DNA from: Haplodiscus bocki
Lineage: Eukaryota
DNA length: 64,000 bases
Assembly (NCBI GenBank): GCA_965655095.1
Contig: OZ296659.1
Coordinates: 66,092,001-66,156,000 of the forward strand
Direction of reading: 5' to 3'
The notes under the pieces were generated by a model, which did no database searches, was not told the DNA's origin, and saw only the letters and a list, made by a program, of their open reading frames with translations. A program made the position numbers and the translations under genes. Shown here in pieces: positions 62,001-64,000 of the stretch. Every line of letters starts with the position of its first letter. The first letter of the stretch is position 1.

Positions 62001-64000
62001 ATAACATCACCTACCTTATCATTATTGAATGCAACAAACAACATAGCTCTGATTACATCGATAACTAATTTAATCACAAATGAATTTACTTCAGAATTTA
62101 AAATACGATAAACTAAATCAGGAGATTGGACAATTGTAGTTAGTGTTCGATATGAAAACGCTTTGAAACAATCTGGATACTGACAAAACATTGATGTGAA
62201 AGAAACACAGGAATTGAAAAAGATTTGTAATCATCACTTGGATAAAAGAACTGATATAGTGAAGAATACTAAGATTAAAGTAGATGATGGCTTTGGTGAT
62301 ATACCAAGTAAAATAGTACTTTGCCAGAAAAAAAGTAAACCTAACAATTTTTCAGCCACATTGATTTAAATCCTAATTTTAGTGTGAATGTTGGTTTACT
62401 TAAACCCAAAAAGAAAAGTTCATTCGATTTCGAAGCAAGTTCTCCTTCTGAAAATTCAAACTTTTAGAAAATAAATGACAAAGACTTGGTATGTTGGTGG
62501 TAGACATCATAAAGAAATGGTAAATCAGATTCTATATGAATGAGTATACCTTAAAAGTCGAAATTTCGTTATAAAGTTATAGAGGGTAGTTGCTGTACCT
62601 GTGGACGAAACAAATCTCATGTTTTTACTAAGTTAATGACACGAGAAGATTTTGAAAAGAGAGGAAAAAGCAAAATCAGACACTGTTCGCCTATGTCAAA
62701 CTCAGCTGGGTACGATTTGAAAAGCGGAGGAAATATAGTGAAACTACATGACAAATATCCAAACGTTGATTGTAATTGTCAGAGACAAATTTTCTTTACA
62801 CCAAAACAATTCAACTGGAAGGAACCGGATTTGAAAACAATTTAAAAAAAATTTTTGAAGGAACCCAAACAGCTTGAAAAAAATTTTTTTAAAACCAAGA
62901 AGTAATTCGACAGCTCCTGTTATTGGCTTGGCTTTGGCAGCGAAATCAACGAATCTTGCGGTGGTTCACGCTACTACAAAAATTTGGAAAGGTTTGTCCG
63001 GAGCGTAGGTATTGAAATTAAATAATATGCATGGGAAAGGTTTCAGATTGCGAGTAGTGTGATTTTTGAGTTCAAATAAAGTTTTGTTATGAGAGGACTA
63101 GTTGTATTAAACATTTATTCGAATTTGATCTAGTGAAAAAAAATTGTAAATGTAAAGCGATAATTTTAAAAACTAACTTTCATAATCGATCAGCATCTAA
63201 AGGTGAAGTACACCCAAACTGTAAATCCTGTAGAAAACAATAATATGATCAGAATCGACAGCAAAGCAAAAGTTGAGGATTAGAAAAAAATGAAACCAGG
63301 ATAATTTTTTTATTGAAAAATCGCGATTGAAAAAAAAATGAAAATAATTACAAACTTATAATGGGACTAATGCTCCTCAAAATGAATTCATTAAAAACAG
63401 AAAGAAGACTGATAATGATTTTCGTTCAAGTCATATCATAAAAAACAAGATCTATCCAGCTCTAAAAGTTGAGTCAAAATCATCGTCTACAAAAAGAATA
63501 TTAGAAATTGATAATGAAACTTACAAGAATTGGAAAAAATTCCAGATGACTCCAGAGATGAACTGTTCAAATGTCGAGACTGATCATGTCAAACCATTTT
63601 GTTTTTCTGATGTATCCAAAAATGATGGAAAAAAAGAAGCGTTTAATGGGATGATCAGCCAGCTCTCCTTAAAAAAGAAAAATCGGCATCAAGAAACTTA
63701 ATCTAATTCGTGAAGGAAAGATTGCATTCTTTTAACAAAATTCAATTTGTTAGATGATGGATTGCATTTTATTAAAGCTTATTATTTTCAAGGGCTAAAT
63801 CGAGAAAGATATCGTTTAATTCTTCAAATATGAAAGTTATGGTAAAACATTCAGGAAAAACTATGCAACCAACAAAATAATTTTTAATCGAATCGGTGAA
63901 AATTGGAGTGTTGCTGTGATGGATTTGTCTGATTACAAAAAATCGAACAATGAAGAATTTCGATATGTTTTCATCAAAATCGATGTTTTATCAAAACATA

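Larger units (their letters stand above)
54801..64000 (+). repeat. Head-to-tail array of a ~3.95-kb Polinton-derived unit (2.3 copies visible, runs off the window)
   Basis: Anchor ttcgcctatgtcaaa at 54801, 58737 and 62686 (periods 3936 and 3949). Confidence 0.95.

Noticed and set aside
1-64000. Species assignment and functional, intact viral genes
   Set aside because: The host cannot be established from this sequence alone, and every core gene carries stops or frameshifts, so these copies are inactive.

Overview
AT-rich eukaryotic (probably invertebrate) repeat-dense DNA with one 200-N gap. I found no intact host gene, RNA gene or CRISPR array; nearly everything is decayed mobile DNA. (1) 1.6-11.9 kb: a degraded Ty3/Gypsy LTR retrotransposon on the minus strand (gag, protease, RT, RNase H, integrase). 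(2) 9.8-19.4 kb: a nest of solo LTRs (two with TSDs), a hAT transposase relic, a non-autonomous CCC...GGG EnSpm/CACTA-type element and a gag-like relic. (3) 19,939-36,315: a full-length but pseudogenised Polinton/Maverick (adintovirus-like endogenous virus) with AGTAGT/ACTACT ends and ~0.9-kb TIRs. It carries protease, two tandem minor-capsid-like genes, packaging ATPase, major capsid, integrase, protein-primed PolB and accessory genes including an MGxxxS RING-HC protein. (4) 33.8-54.8 kb: a tandem amplification (period ~8.6-9.8 kb) of the pPolB 3' half + right TIR + flank. (5) 54.8-64 kb: a ~3.95-kb head-to-tail array from a second Polinton-like family (HNH-like nuclease, integrase, Zn-ribbon genes). 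The most unusual pattern is that three different LTR families carry an ORF inside the LTR that runs off the 3' end in the same phase (...xAC|A), so a directly abutting TGG primer-binding site would create an in-frame ATG. All protein calls come from my own manual translation and motif recognition; no searches were run.
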